Positions 26,525 through 38,429 of a DNA stretch of 64,000 bases are shown one piece after another (the stretch's first letter is position 1; the number at the start of each line of letters is the position of its first letter). The stretch spans positions 10,540,001 to 10,604,000 of the forward strand of contig OZ024749.1 of assembly GCA_964016885.1 (NCBI GenBank). Direction: 5' to 3'. The stretch is from Eledone cirrhosa (lineage: Eukaryota). Below the pieces are notes generated by a model. That model saw nothing but the letters and a program-made list of their open reading frames with translations, made no database searches and was not told the DNA's origin. Made by a program: the position numbers and the translations under genes.

Positions 26525-26875
26525 ACAAAAACACTCAGTCACCCTGTAAGGTGGTTGTGCTGGTGCCATAACAAAAACACTCAGTCACCCTGTAAGGTGG
26601 TTGTGCTGGTGCCATGACAAAAACACTTAGTAATCCTGTAAGGTGATTGTGCTGGTGTCATGACAAAATCACTTAGTCATCCTGTAAGGTGGTTGTGCTG
26701 GTGCCATGACAAAAACACTCAATCACCCTGTAAGGTCATCAAGCTGCAGAAAACCAAGCCCAAAACAGAAAGTATGAGCAGCACATAGTCACCTGACCTG
26801 GCTAGTCTCATGTAACAACCCATCTTACCCATTCAGGCATGGAAAATAGACATTAAACAGTGATGATGATGATGG
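26525..26875 (+). repeat. 46-bp tandem (about 4.5 copies) at the head of an RTE-UTR-type element
   Basis: unit caaaaacactcagtcaccctgtaaggtggttgtgctggtgccatga; ends in (GAT)n. Confidence 0.85.
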
Positions 26876-26941
26876 TGTCAGTTGAGTGTCAGTTTTACTA
26901 CATGGATACATATAAAGGATTTATTGATTATTTTCACTTAC

Positions 26942-27027
26942 AAATCAACGACACGCTGAACTAGTTCTACAGCCATCAGACTTAAACGGGCGTGATTGTT
27001 GGAGACAAGCAGGCAGTGAAAAATAAC
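26942..27027 (-). CDS. ECPAS: ECM29/ECPAS exon: VIFHCLLVSNNHARLSLMAVELVQRVVD
   Basis: ttgtag| acceptor, |gtaagt donor; in phase with neighbours. Confidence 0.82.
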
Positions 27028-27525
27028 CTACAATAGAAACATTAAGGGTTACATCTTTACATAATTATATAAATAAGAAAAAAGAAAGGAAAGAGGCCAT
27101 CATCAGATCAGACCAAGGAAACAAGGGTTTGGTCTTCCCATTACTGATACTGTCTGACAGTTACAAACCCTGGCAGAACTAAGGCAGAATTTGAACAGAT
27201 TGCAAAAAGCCAAATCCTATACTGACTTTTTAACAATTCAACTAATCTACTTCCCCTGGACAGGTACATTTTAATCGACCCTGAAAGGATGAAAGGTAAA
27301 GTTGACTGTAGCAGGATTTGAACTCAGACTTCAATGAGTCAAACAATATAGCGAGGCATTTAAACCAATGTCCTAAAAACTCTGCCAGTTTTGTAAATAG
27401 GAAAGCCGACTGGAGGTAGATGAAGCATTGTGTTAATCTTAACTATAATAAAGGAGTGCACGACTGCATCCAGAATATTTTTTATCCAGTTTGTAAAATA
27501 AGTTGGATTACTTTGAATAAATAAT

Positions 27526-27716
27526 TGTTTCTACTTTTGGCACAAGGCCAGCAATTATCCCAGTGCATTACTGGTACTTTATTTTATCGACCCCGTAACG
27601 ATGAAAGGCAAAGTGAACATCGACGGGATTTGAACTCAGACTATAAAGGGCCATAACTCTATGCTACAAAGCATGGTGTCCGACTCTCTACTGATACTGC
27701 CAATCCCCCCGCCCTT
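27526..27716 (-). mobile_element. SINE family S1 with TSD aataaataat
   Basis: matches 38533-38725. Confidence 0.9.
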
Positions 27717-28028
27717 TAATAAATAATGAATGAATATTATATAATTTATCTACTAAATTTCGTAACAAATGATTAATATATTAAAAATATTATTTCATAG
27801 TTCAAGACACTTCTTTTAAAAGATTCAAATTTCAATACTTCTGGTATATCTATACTATATATATAGAGAGAGTGAAAGAGAAAGATGAAGTGATTTGGAT
27901 TTTTTTCAACACGCTGATGTGTGTGCGTGTGTGTATGTTGTTGTTGCTCTTTGATTTTATAAAATTGCTAGAGGGAGAGAGAGAGATTGTATGTGTGAGT
28001 ATATAAAGAGAGGAGTGACTGTGACAGA

Positions 28029-28117
<89 letters not shown>

Positions 28118-28299
28118 ACTATAATCACGCAAACAAACTTATAAAAATAAACGCTCATGGACATACATTCACACAAATACACATACTTTCAAGCATATAC
28201 ATTTACACAAACATACATTCACAGATACATTTACACAAACACACACATACAGTCATGATAGCAGCGTTCAGTGAATTGGAAATGGGAGGGTAAAACAAG

Positions 28300-29030
28300 T
28301 ATAATGTTTTATTTATTTATTAACAACACAATTAAACTCTTTTTTTAAAACTCATTTGTATAAAAATTTAATATAATGGTTACAGAACGAAAACACTAAC
28401 AAATATAATATATACGAAGGAAAGGGAAAGGAAAAAAGAAAGAGAAAAAGTACACAAGCACATAATACCCACATCTTAGACCACATACAACAAAAGGCAG
28501 GCGAAAGGGGTGGACAAACGAGACGCTACCAGAGCAAAATATAGCAATATAGCAAGGAGCACTGGGAAACCTCTCTAATAATTTTTGAGGCAAGCCAACA
28601 CGTTTGCAGCATTACCTGGTGTGATGGCGAGGCTGAGGTGCTGGAACAACCAAGTGCCCTCACGAGCATCACCAGTTACCTCTGTTTGGTGAGCTGCCAG
28701 TGAAGATAAGAACCTCGATGTAGTCGCCCGACTCCCCCAAACGTCTCAAACGCCACAGGCTGGATAATGTAGTTAGCTGACAGAACACAGTATTTTAGGA
28801 TTTTGTTTCATTCAGCTGCAGATTCTGTAGCTTTCGCCCTTACCGCTGCATCTAGGATGTGGGAAGAAGCAAAAGAGTCGCTAACTGTGACGTCCCAGGT
28901 AAGGCACCTGCCTCTTGACCAGGAGCACAGAGCAAGACCGTCAAGTCTTTTCCCATCAATTCTGGACAACCCAGACAGTTCCAAAATTGAGTTGATGTTT
29001 GCCTGGGCCAAAGCTCTTGAGTTGTAGTAG
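28300..29030 (-). mobile_element. CRE-like non-LTR retrotransposon 3' fragment (restriction-like endonuclease domain)
   Basis: DGKRLDG..W..GRCLTWDVT.SDSFA..AAE.K..KY..PVAFETFG and TGDARE..LFQHLSLAI..GNA. Confidence 0.75.
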
Positions 29031-29224
29031 GACAGTGTGTGTATGTGTGCGCGTGAGTTTGTCGGCATTCTTAAATTAGAGACACGTGTGTGTGTGTCAC
29101 TGTTTTTAAGTTAGAGACATATATGTGTGTATCCCTTTCCTTCCTTTTACACACACATACATTCACACAAACACACATACACATTGCGTGATGGACAGGT
29201 GGACAGAAGTCCCTCAAATTTATA

Positions 29225-29830
29225 TACATGTGAATGGAGTTCTACTGAAGCAATTAGAGAAGTTCAAGTATCTTGGAGCCGTGTTCATGAGTGATGGAAT
29301 GCAGGAGGGGGAATTAAGTGAAAGAATTACAAAAGGGAGGTAGGTGTAAAAGCCAAACTCCCTATCTTCCTGGTATTCCTGCCAACTCTTACCGAGGATC
29401 ATGAATCTTGAGTAATGACCAAAAGAATACAATTGCAACTAAAAGTGGCAGAAATGGGATTCCTCCGAAGGGTCTTTGGAGTAACGTTACTTGATAAAGT
29501 GCATAGCTAAGAGACCAGAGGGTCACTCTTGGTAGAGCCACTACTTCTCCGAATTGAGAGATCACAACTCTGATATTGTGAGCATGTGGTTAGAATGTCT
29601 CAGTAAAGAATCGCTGAACACATTTTACAGGCAAAACCAACTGGCAAGAGACCCAGAGGTAGACCCTAAGCAAGATAGTTGGATAACATCCATGAGCTTG
29701 GCTGGTCTTGCTTTGGGATCCAGCTGGCTCAGTTAGAGATGTTTGCTACTGACAGACTCGCTGGAAGGAGTGTTTGAGAAGGACTCTGTCCCCACGACCC
29801 TCTCAGAAATAAGTGGGTGAAGAAGAAGAT
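29225..29830 (+). mobile_element. decayed RTE-type LINE 3' fragment (family 3) with (GAA)n end
   Basis: LEKFKYLG..., AEMGFLRR, GKRPRGRP. Confidence 0.8.
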
Positions 29831-29975
29831 ATTGTTAATTTACTTTTCAATTTACATATATCTACATATATATATATGTATATGCATATATATTTGCGTA
29901 TAATACCAATATGAACACTACATATGCTAGCAGAAAACCGCCCGTCCGCGGTTTTTCTGCTAGTATCTATAATAA

Positions 29976-30160
29976 TTGTTTCTACTTTTGGCACAAGGCC
30001 AGCAATTACCCAGTGCATTACTGGTACTTTATTTTATCGACTCCATAAGGATGAAAAGCAAAGTTAACCTTAGTGGGATTTGAACTCAGATCATACAGGG
30101 AGGTAACTCTATGCTTCAAAACATGGCGTCCGACCCTCTACCGATACTGCCAATCCACCA
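29976..30160 (-). mobile_element. SINE family S1
   Basis: matches 38533-38725. Confidence 0.88.
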
Positions 30161-30351
30161 TGATTTCTATTTTAAGAACGAGGCCAATAATTTGGGGGAC
30201 AGTTGATTATATTGAACCCAGTACATGACTGATACTTTATTTTATTGATTTTAAGGATGAATGACAAAGTTGACTTTGGTGGAATTTGAACCTAGGACAT
30301 AAGACAGAGGTGATGAGGATATATGTATATATACCATCATCATGATATATA

Positions 30352-30385
<34 letters not shown>

Positions 30386-30387
<2 letters not shown>

Positions 30388-30645
30388 TGGTGTTGGATGC
30401 TAAAAGCGTCCATATACGGTAGGCCGTATGAGCACTCGATGCTCTCATAGAGCAGAGTATGATATCACAGAAAAAGAGAGAATCAGTGTTGCGACGAATC
30501 TGCTTCGTAGAATCAAGACGTATCTGAGGACCTTGCGATTTTCAGAGCCAGATTCGATCATCACATCGATCGTGCCTCGCCAGAGAAACGATTGTAATAT
30601 GTCCAATAAATTCCATTCGTCGCAACACTGATTCTCTTTTTTTCT

Positions 30646-30651
<6 letters not shown>
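30386..30651. mobile_element. element family D between (TA)n tracts, with about 38-bp inverted repeats and a one-sided tail
   Basis: atatcacagaaaaagagagaatcagtgttgcgacgaat and its reverse complement at about 30616-30652. Confidence 0.75.
30517..30603 (+). ncRNA. type I hammerhead ribozyme motif D
   Basis: gacgtat-CTGAGGA-long stem II-GAAA-cgattg-TA-atatgtc; 7-bp stem I, near-palindromic acgattgt stem III. Confidence 0.78.
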
Positions 30652-30689
<38 letters not shown>

Positions 30690-30711
30690 TATATGAGTGT
30701 GTGTGAATGTT

Positions 30712-30902
30712 GGTACCACAAAACATCCCGCACACACTGTTAATGTGGTTGGCGTTAGGAAGGGCATCCAACTATAGAAAAAACAGCCAGGAACAGTCCT
30801 ATATGAGCGTGACACAGTTAACCAACCCAACTTGCCTCTAAATGGGACAAACCTGTCTAACACATGCAAGCGTAGAAGATAGACGTTAAACAATGATGAT
30901 GA
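30712..30902 (+). mobile_element. RTE family 2 3'UTR fragment
   Basis: ggttggcgttaggaagggcatcca...gacgttaaac(GAT)n. Confidence 0.85.
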
Positions 30903-31070
30903 GTGTAGAAGGGCCATAACAAAATACGTGAAGCATTTCTTGATAATAAATTTTTTAAAATTATGTAGTATATATTGATTAAATCGATCTCCCATTGGAA
31001 GGATGAAAATCAAAGTTGATCTCAGCAGCATTTGAACTCAATGTAAAGCACTGGAAAGCTTGTTACTTAC

Positions 31071-31190
31071 ATTTATACATGCAGGGGAAACATTTGTGGC
31101 TTCTCTTGACTTGAGGAAATATGGAAATATCTTCAGACGGATCCGTGTACTAGCTGCAGTTTTCATGCATTCTTGTTTCACTTGGTTTTC
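31071..31190 (-). CDS. ECPAS: ECM29/ECPAS exon: ENQVKQECMKTAASTRIRLKIFPYFLKSREATNVSPACIN
   Basis: tttaaag| acceptor, |gtaagt donor; resembles [27 protein letters not shown]. Confidence 0.9.
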
Positions 31191-31544
31191 CTTTAAACAT
31201 AAACAAGAAAAGATAACTTTTTTAAACATCAAGACAATCTATATTATAATAACTGTAAAGTCTTTTCGGCCGTCTGTCATATAAACACTGTCGTCTCACA
31301 AAAATATTCTAAAATTTTATTTAGACCTTATGCGGTCAACTTAACATGGGTATGTGATTCAAAATGTCAAAATTTCCTAAGATGTAAATTAATTGGGAGA
31401 AAAATGATAGTTAAAACAGACGCTTGAAATGTTTTTTTAAAATAGCGTAATTAGATTGGTCAGAGATTATTGCTAGGGGGAGATAGATATATATACATCT
31501 ACATACACAAACATACATGCATATACAGTTATATATATGTATAT

Positions 31545-31899
31545 AGATCAATATATAGATCTTATATTCTAATGTTACGAAAAAATAAAGGTAGAGTTCT
31601 TCCCCTTTGTTGTTTATTTACTAATATAACTGTTTCTACTTTTGGCACAAGGCCAGCAATTATATCAGTGTATTACTGGTACTTTATTTTATCGACCCTG
31701 TAAGGATGAAAGGCAAAGTTAACCTCAGCGGGATTTGAACTCAGGTCATAAAGGGCCGTAACTCTTTGCTGCAAAGCATGGCGTCCGACCTTCTACCGAT
31801 ACTGCCAATCCACTTTACTAATATAACCGTAAGTAAATATATATGACGTGTAGCTTTACTTTTTCGTAACATTAGAATATAAGATATATATATTGATCT
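31545..31899. mobile_element. MITE-like element with about 45-bp inverted ends, interrupted by an S1 SINE (31631-31813, 14-bp TSD tttactaatataac)
   Basis: atcttatattctaatgttacgaaaaa and tttttcgtaacattagaatataagat; TSD at 31617-31630 and 31814-31827. Confidence 0.8.
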
Positions 31900-33805
31900 C
31901 ATCATCATCATCGTTTAACGTCTATCTTCCACGCTAGCATAGGTTAAACGAGAGTTGTCCCAATTTGAGGAAAAGTTGGTCGGGTGACCGTGTCTCGCTC
32001 GTATAGGACTGCCTGGCAGGTTTTCTACGGCTGGATGCCCTTCCTAACATCAACCACATTTACAGTGTGGACTGGGAGGTTTTTACCGTGTTACCTACAT
32101 GGCCACATTACAGCGTGGACTCTGTTTATTTTGTCGTGACACCTACACGATCTTGATCTCATTATCTCATTTATTTGGACTGGATGTTGTGGTACCAACT
32201 TTACAGAGAGAGGGTGGTGTTGGTGGGAGTGGGAGGATAGGGTAGGGGTAGTGGATTGGGGTGTATAAAGCAAAACCTACTAACTGTAGGTTTTGCTTTA
32301 TACATAGGCAAGGCGGGTCTTCTGTATTACTGCGTAGCGCCAAAGATCTCGGTCCAGTGACATTGTCTTAGAGAGGTGCAAGTGTGTAAGGTCGGAATTT
32401 ATCAAATCGTTCCAGGTTTTTCAGGGTCTACCTACTCCGTAACTTCCACCAATTTTGATCACCCTACACTTTTTTATACAGCTGTCGTCTTTCATGCGCA
32501 TCACGTGGCCATACCAACATAGTCTTCTCTCAAGTAAACAGCATCTGATCCCTCTTATTCCTAATTTCTCACTTAGTTCATTTATGTTTTGCCGTTCACG
32601 TATATTACTATTACACATCCAACAGAGCATGCATGCTTCGTTCCTTTCCAGTCTGCGCAGGTCCTCTGCACACAATGCCCATGTCTCACTGCCATGTAGC
32701 ATTGCTGTTCATATACAGGCATCATACAATCTGTCTTTCATTTTTAGAGAGAAACCTTTAGTGGCCAATAGTGGTATAAGCTCTTTGAACTTTTTCCATC
32801 CTGTTCTGACTCTAGCTACAGTACTTTCAGAGCCCCCTCCACCACTGCTGATTTTGTCACCCAGGTAACAGAAAGTGTACACTATTTCTATAGAACCATC
32901 TGGGCAATAGAAGGACCTAGTATCCTGTGGACACTTGCTACTTATTGCACCTGAGCATCGGCCACATATAAAATCTACGTTCTTAGATAGTTTACCTGTG
33001 ATCCCACTACATCTTTTATGTACCCATAGTTTGCATTTGGGACATAAAATGGAATTTCTACCTACTCCTTTCCTACACACTGAGCATGGCCATTCCCCAG
33101 AGGGTACCTGTGCCCTATTTTCCTTTCTACATACGAGAACTTTAGTCTTAGACAAGTTAACTTTAAGGCCTTTCGATTCTAGGCCATGCTTCCATGTTTG
33201 GAATTTCTTCTCTAGTTTAGCCATATATTCAGTTATGAGAGTTAGATCATCTGCATATAGGAGTTCCCATGTGCAGCCGGTCTTAAACTCCTCTGTTATA
33301 GACTGAAGGGCAATAATAAATAGGAGGGGACTAAGGACAGAGCCTTGATGAACACCAACTTTTACACTAAATTCTTCACTATATTCATTGTTAATTCTAA
33401 CCTTACTGACTGTTTCATTATAATGGCTTGTATAGCTCTCACAAGCCATTCATCTACACCTAGTTTTCTAAGAACCCACCAGATAATGGAGCAGGGGACT
33501 CTGTCAAAGGCTTTCTCCAGGTCTACAAAAGCTAAGTAGAGGGGTTTACTTTTAGCTAGGTACTTTTCCTGTAGTTGTCGTACAAAGAAAAGAGCATCTG
33601 TGGTACTTTTACCTGACACAAACCCAAACTGCATTTTATCTAGATCAATTCGCTCTCTGATTAGTTGCGCTATAACTCTTTCTGTGACCTTCATGACCTG
33701 GTCAACTAACTTAATGCCTCTATAGTTTCCCCTATCTAGAGCATCCCCATTACCCTTGTAGCAGTTAATGATGATGCTGCTACGCCAGTCTTTTGGTATG
33801 ACCCC
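31898..33805 (-). mobile_element. RTE family 2 LINE, 5'-truncated and frameshifted RT plus 3'UTR
   Basis: ORFs 33362-33694, 32709-33449 and 32421-32702 are collinear with ORF 7159. Confidence 0.95.
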
Positions 33806-34254
33806 ATATACACAGATATATATATATAACCGTATATACGTATATACGTGTATGTTTGTATATGTATCATCATCATCATCATCACCGTTTTACGTCCGTT
33901 CTTCCACGCTAGCATGGGTTAGACGGGTTGTCCTGTTGTGGGCAATGTCCGGTCGGCTGACCATGCCTTGCTCATACGGGAACTGATTCTGGTATATGTA
34001 TATATATGTGTGTGTGTATATATAAAAGCTTCACGGCACAGGCATTGCTTTATATCTGGAGATCTCTCTGCACTTGTCATCACATGGTACCATGGGCCCA
34101 ACACTATGTCAATAATTGTCACAACTGTAGTGTTTGTACCAGAGTTTTCAAGTTGCTGGCTGGACTAAAAAGTCACACTCGTTCAGCGCATCAGTAGGGG
34201 TTCTCCTACATGGATATAAAGTAGTGGCCGTACTCGAAAACGAGTTGGCAGCCA

Positions 34255-34285
<31 letters not shown>

Positions 34286-34474
34286 CGTTATTCCGGGTTG
34301 AATCGGAGGTAACCACAGTAAGTAAGGTACTCAATACATAGCAGAGTATAACAGTTTTAATATAGATGAGATTCTACAGGACTAGAACTGTTTCATTCAT
34401 TTGAAATCATCAGGAATCTCCTGATGATTTCAAATGAATGAAACAGTTCTAGTCCTGTAGAATCTCATCTATAT
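34286..34474. mobile_element. fold-back element family B, copy 2 (palindrome 34360-34474), flanked by (TA)n
   Basis: same termini and tail as 5311-5499. Confidence 0.82.
34368..34420 (-). ncRNA. type I hammerhead ribozyme motif B, complete on the ECM29 sense strand
   Basis: gagattc-CTGATGA-t ttc/gaa t-GAAA, stem III acag/ctgt, GTA, gaatctc (7-bp stem I). Confidence 0.8.
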
Positions 34475-34844
34475 ATATATATATATATATATGCGTCTGT
34501 TTTAACTGTCCTTTTTCTCCCAATTAATTTACATCTTAGGAAATTTTGACATTTTGAATCACATACTCATGTTAAGTTGACCGTATAATGTCTATTTTAT
34601 GGGTATGTCACATTTTTATACATCAAATATTGTATTTTGTACGATGAGGGCATACTATAAATCTCTGAAATATATATAACGAAATAAATTATGATTTTAT
34701 AGTGATATATTTTACATTTATTACTATTATTATTATTATTATTATTATTATAATACTCCAGATAAATTTTATTGGTCGAACATAACTCTGTTGAATACTT
34801 AGAGTCTATAACTCATTAGTTATATATATATATATATGTAGAGG

Positions 34845-35274
34845 TTATATTTAATTTGTTGGGATATAACAAGCAAAATATTTTTATAACTGATATAATG
34901 CACTCAACAAATTATTGGAGTAAAAATACAATATATTAACAAATGGAAACTATATTTATAAAACCATATTTATTTCATTATACATATTTCAAGGACACCA
35001 AAGCAAATTATGGTGCGCTTTCATCAGACAAAATATAATATAGATCAGTTTTATAAACAAATATTGACATACCCTTAAAGAATGCCTATCCGGGAGCTTC
35101 CAACCGACATGGTCGCATTCTTTAAGGGTATGTCAATATTTGTTTATAAAACTGATCTATATTATATTTTGTCTGATGAAAGCGCACCATAATTTGCTTT
35201 GGTGTCCTTGAAATGTGTATAATGAAATAAATATGGTTTTATAAATATAGTTTCCATTTGTTAATATATTGTAT
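34845..35274. mobile_element. family C fold-back: 160-bp arms (34926-35085 and 35115-35274), 29-bp spacer, one hammerhead per arm (34971-35035 minus; 35165-35229 plus)
   Basis: reverse-complement arms; homology to 21022-21305. Confidence 0.85.
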
Positions 35275-35282
35275 ATATATAT

Positions 35283-35482
35283 ATGCCAGTTGAAGGAAGA
35301 TGTGGTAGAGGTAGACCACGAAAAACATGGGCGGAGGTGGTGAGAACAGACCTCAGATCATTGAAGCTCATGGTGGAGATGACGAAGGACCATGACGAGT
35401 GGAGAGATGCTGTGCTGAATAAGACCCGTCCCACCCTTGCAAGCAGGGAAAATCGGACGTAAAATGATGATGATGATGATGA
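35283..35482 (+). mobile_element. RTE family 1 3' end
   Basis: matches 9922-10119. Confidence 0.92.
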
Positions 35483-35489
35483 TATATAT

Positions 35490-37060
35490 ATCCAGAGAGT
35501 GTAACTTGGAGTTACTGTAGGTTCACCCGAGTGAGCACTCGATGTTTAGGTTCACTTCAATGTTGAGGTGTAGAGCTAGACAGAGTGTATTATAGCGAAA
35601 TAAAATAGCAAGGACGATTGGTTACTCCTTTATTATATTTATTGGTTGGTGACGCGCGTTTCACCACTGATCAGTTCAAGGTTCGATCTGTATTGATCTG
35701 ACCCGGCTCTGTAATCTGCGGTTCGTCAGACCCCTTGCAATCGTAATGGAAAAATGAATATACATGCTGTATGAGAAAGTCTGATGTTCCTAAGGTGGTC
35801 AGTGAGATTTGTTTTGTTTGGTGGGTTAATTCAGAAGGATGTTTTTTCCTGTAGTGTATGTGGGGTGGGTGTGGTGAAAAGTTGGTGCTGCCGGGCGGGC
35901 GTAGGTTGAATTTGGTGGCGGTGTAGGAGTGCTGGTTGTCACTAGACAGTTTGGCATGTAGATGTAGCTGATTTTTGTACGTGGTGTGGGTGTGGTGGTG
36001 TTGCGGTTTATGATAGTGAAACCTACAGTCAGTAGGCATCTCTTGACCAAATATACACCCCAATCCACTACCCTATCCTCCCACTCCCACCAACAGCACG
36101 AGAAAATGAGACCGAGATCGTGTAGGTGTCACAACAAAAACACACACAGTCCCCGCTGTAATGTGGCCATGTAGGTAACACGGTAAAAAGTTCCCAGTTC
36201 CACACTGTAAATGTGGTTGGTGTTAGGAAGGGCATCCAGCCGTAGAAAACCTGCCAGATAGTCCTATATGATCTAGACACGTCACCCGACCAGCCTTGCC
36301 TCAAGCGGGACAACTCCCGTCTAACCCATGCTAGCGTGGAAAATGGACGTTAAACGACGATGATGATGATGATGATGATACTGGATGAAAGGTTGCAGTG
36401 TTTAGGGTGGGGTGATATGTGTGGTAGTGGATTGTTAAGGGGGCTCATGTTATAATGTTCTGAGTGTATGTAAAAGCATATAGATGCATATATACACGGA
36501 GCCAGACAAACATATTATATACATACACACGTGTATATATATAGCCAGTGGGGAGGGCGATTGCAGAAACATACGTACACACAGACACACACACATACGT
36601 TGTTTAGGGTGGGATGCTTAGGGTGTGGTATGTGTTGGTGATGTTGATGGTTGTGGATGTATGGCGATGTGTTTGGTGGTGGTGGTGGGGTGATGGGTGT
36701 GACGTGATATTTACAGGATTGAATGATTTACGATGGGTTAGATGTTAAAAACTGACAGAGAAATCACAGAGAAAACAATGGTACTGAAATGAGAGATGGT
36801 GTGGTAAGGTATTGGTGATTATCCCTATGTCGAGTTCGGGCTAGAGTTTGTCCTTGGCACCTGGCCGAATGTCTGGGCGGGCAATGTGTTGGTGATGTTG
36901 ATGGTTGTGGATGTATGGCGATGTGTTTGGTGGTGGCGGTGATGCGTACGACATGATATTTACAAGATCGGGTCTTACAATGGGTTACATGTTAGAGAAG
37001 ACTGAGATGAGGGACAGTGTGGTAAGGCAAAGGTGGTTATCCCTCTGTTGAGTCAGGGTT
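35490..37060 (-). mobile_element. decayed Penelope-like element, interrupted by an RTE 3'UTR copy (36018-36378); upstream boundary uncertain
   Basis: IINRNT...KISYIYMPN resembles the PLE motif IFNRNTxKxSYSCMPN; hammerhead downstream; ends at (TA)n. Confidence 0.65.
35648..35732 (-). ncRNA. type I hammerhead ribozyme motif E
   Basis: ggt-CTGACGA-accgcagatta/tgatcagtggt-GAAA-cgcgcg-TC-acc; palindromic stem III typical of dimeric PLE hammerheads. Confidence 0.82.
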
Positions 37061-37880
37061 AGTCATAAACGTCAAGTAAAATATCTCTGTATTACTGGCT
37101 GAGGGATCTTTCAGCTTCCAGATCTTTCTTCTCCAGGTTGCTTTTTGTTTCAAAGTTCGTTTAGCTCTGACAATGAGGTCGCTGACTACTAGGCTGTGTT
37201 GGGAGGTACATTCCTTGCCCGGGAAGACTTTCGTGTTAACAACCATACATCTATCTCGTCCTCTGGTAAGGATAAAATCTATCTGGCTAGTATGCTCCCC
37301 AGATCTGTAGGTGATCAGGTGGTTGTTGGGTTTTGTTGAAGTTTGTGTTACATATCGACAGGTCATTGGCGTCGCAGAATTTTAGAAGCCTGTAACCTTC
37401 TTCATTTCTTACGCCAAACCCATAGCCTCCGTCGCCATGTTTCCCAACATGTCCGTTAAAGGCCCCTGCAACGAGTAGGAAGTCATTGTCATTCGTTAGA
37501 GTGGTAGTGAGCATTAGGGACTCATAAAACCTATCCTTAAGTACATTTGGCAACCCAGATTGGGGTGCGTAAATGGATATAATTGTAGCTATTGTTTTAT
37601 TTAGTCTGAGTTTAGTGATTCTCACGTTTAGCCTGTTCACTGAGATTACCTTATCTACCCATTTGTCAGCTAATAGTATACCTACACCACCCAACCCGTT
37701 ATCATTTCCCACCCAGGAAAATTTGAGCACTGTGTTTTACCAACAAGGAGCCTAGCAGGCCTTCCTCTCCATCTAGTCTCTTGTACACAACATACATCAA
37801 TTTCCTTTCGCGCTAACAGCTCTATAATTTCTCCTGTTCTTCCTTTCTTTCTGCTCACATTGATGGTGCCGATTCAGAAT
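37060..37880 (-). mobile_element. RTE APE-endonuclease fragment (frameshifted)
   Basis: GLGGVGILLA, IYAPQ, GAFNGHVG, SQIDFIL, WKLKD. Confidence 0.92.
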
Positions 37881-38429
37881 CAATGGAGGCGGGTGGGTTT
37901 TTGTAGAGTAGGAGTTGGGTGTATGTTTTCAGTATCTTAATTAAGGATTTGCATGGTCACCTGGAAACATGTGGGTTCATATTCATTCAAAGTTGTTCAT
38001 CCATAGTTAACGATAGACAAAGATTTCTCAAGAGGAGAATGGTCAAGAAAGATAACTAGTAATATTTGTTGCCACAGGTGATGGATGAAGGTATGTTGTG
38101 GTTTGATTGGTCAGTGAGTCTATGGTGGTGTGTGGGGGGAGAGAAAATGCGAGATAGATAAGTAAGTATAAATACACTGGGCTCTGAGAAGACCTAGATG
38201 TCTATGTCTATGGACGGCAAAAGAAATAGATGAATTGTACAGACATTATAAGTGGAATACGATAAAACCAACTTGCTTGCCCTGTAGCTTGAAGAATAGA
38301 TGCGAGAAAAATATAGGGACATATATTGTAAGAGATATGTAGGAGGGATAGAGAAGGGGGGGGGGGAACCCTCATGTTTGAGTTATATATATATATATTT
38401 TTTTTTATTTAATTACATAATAAACAACA

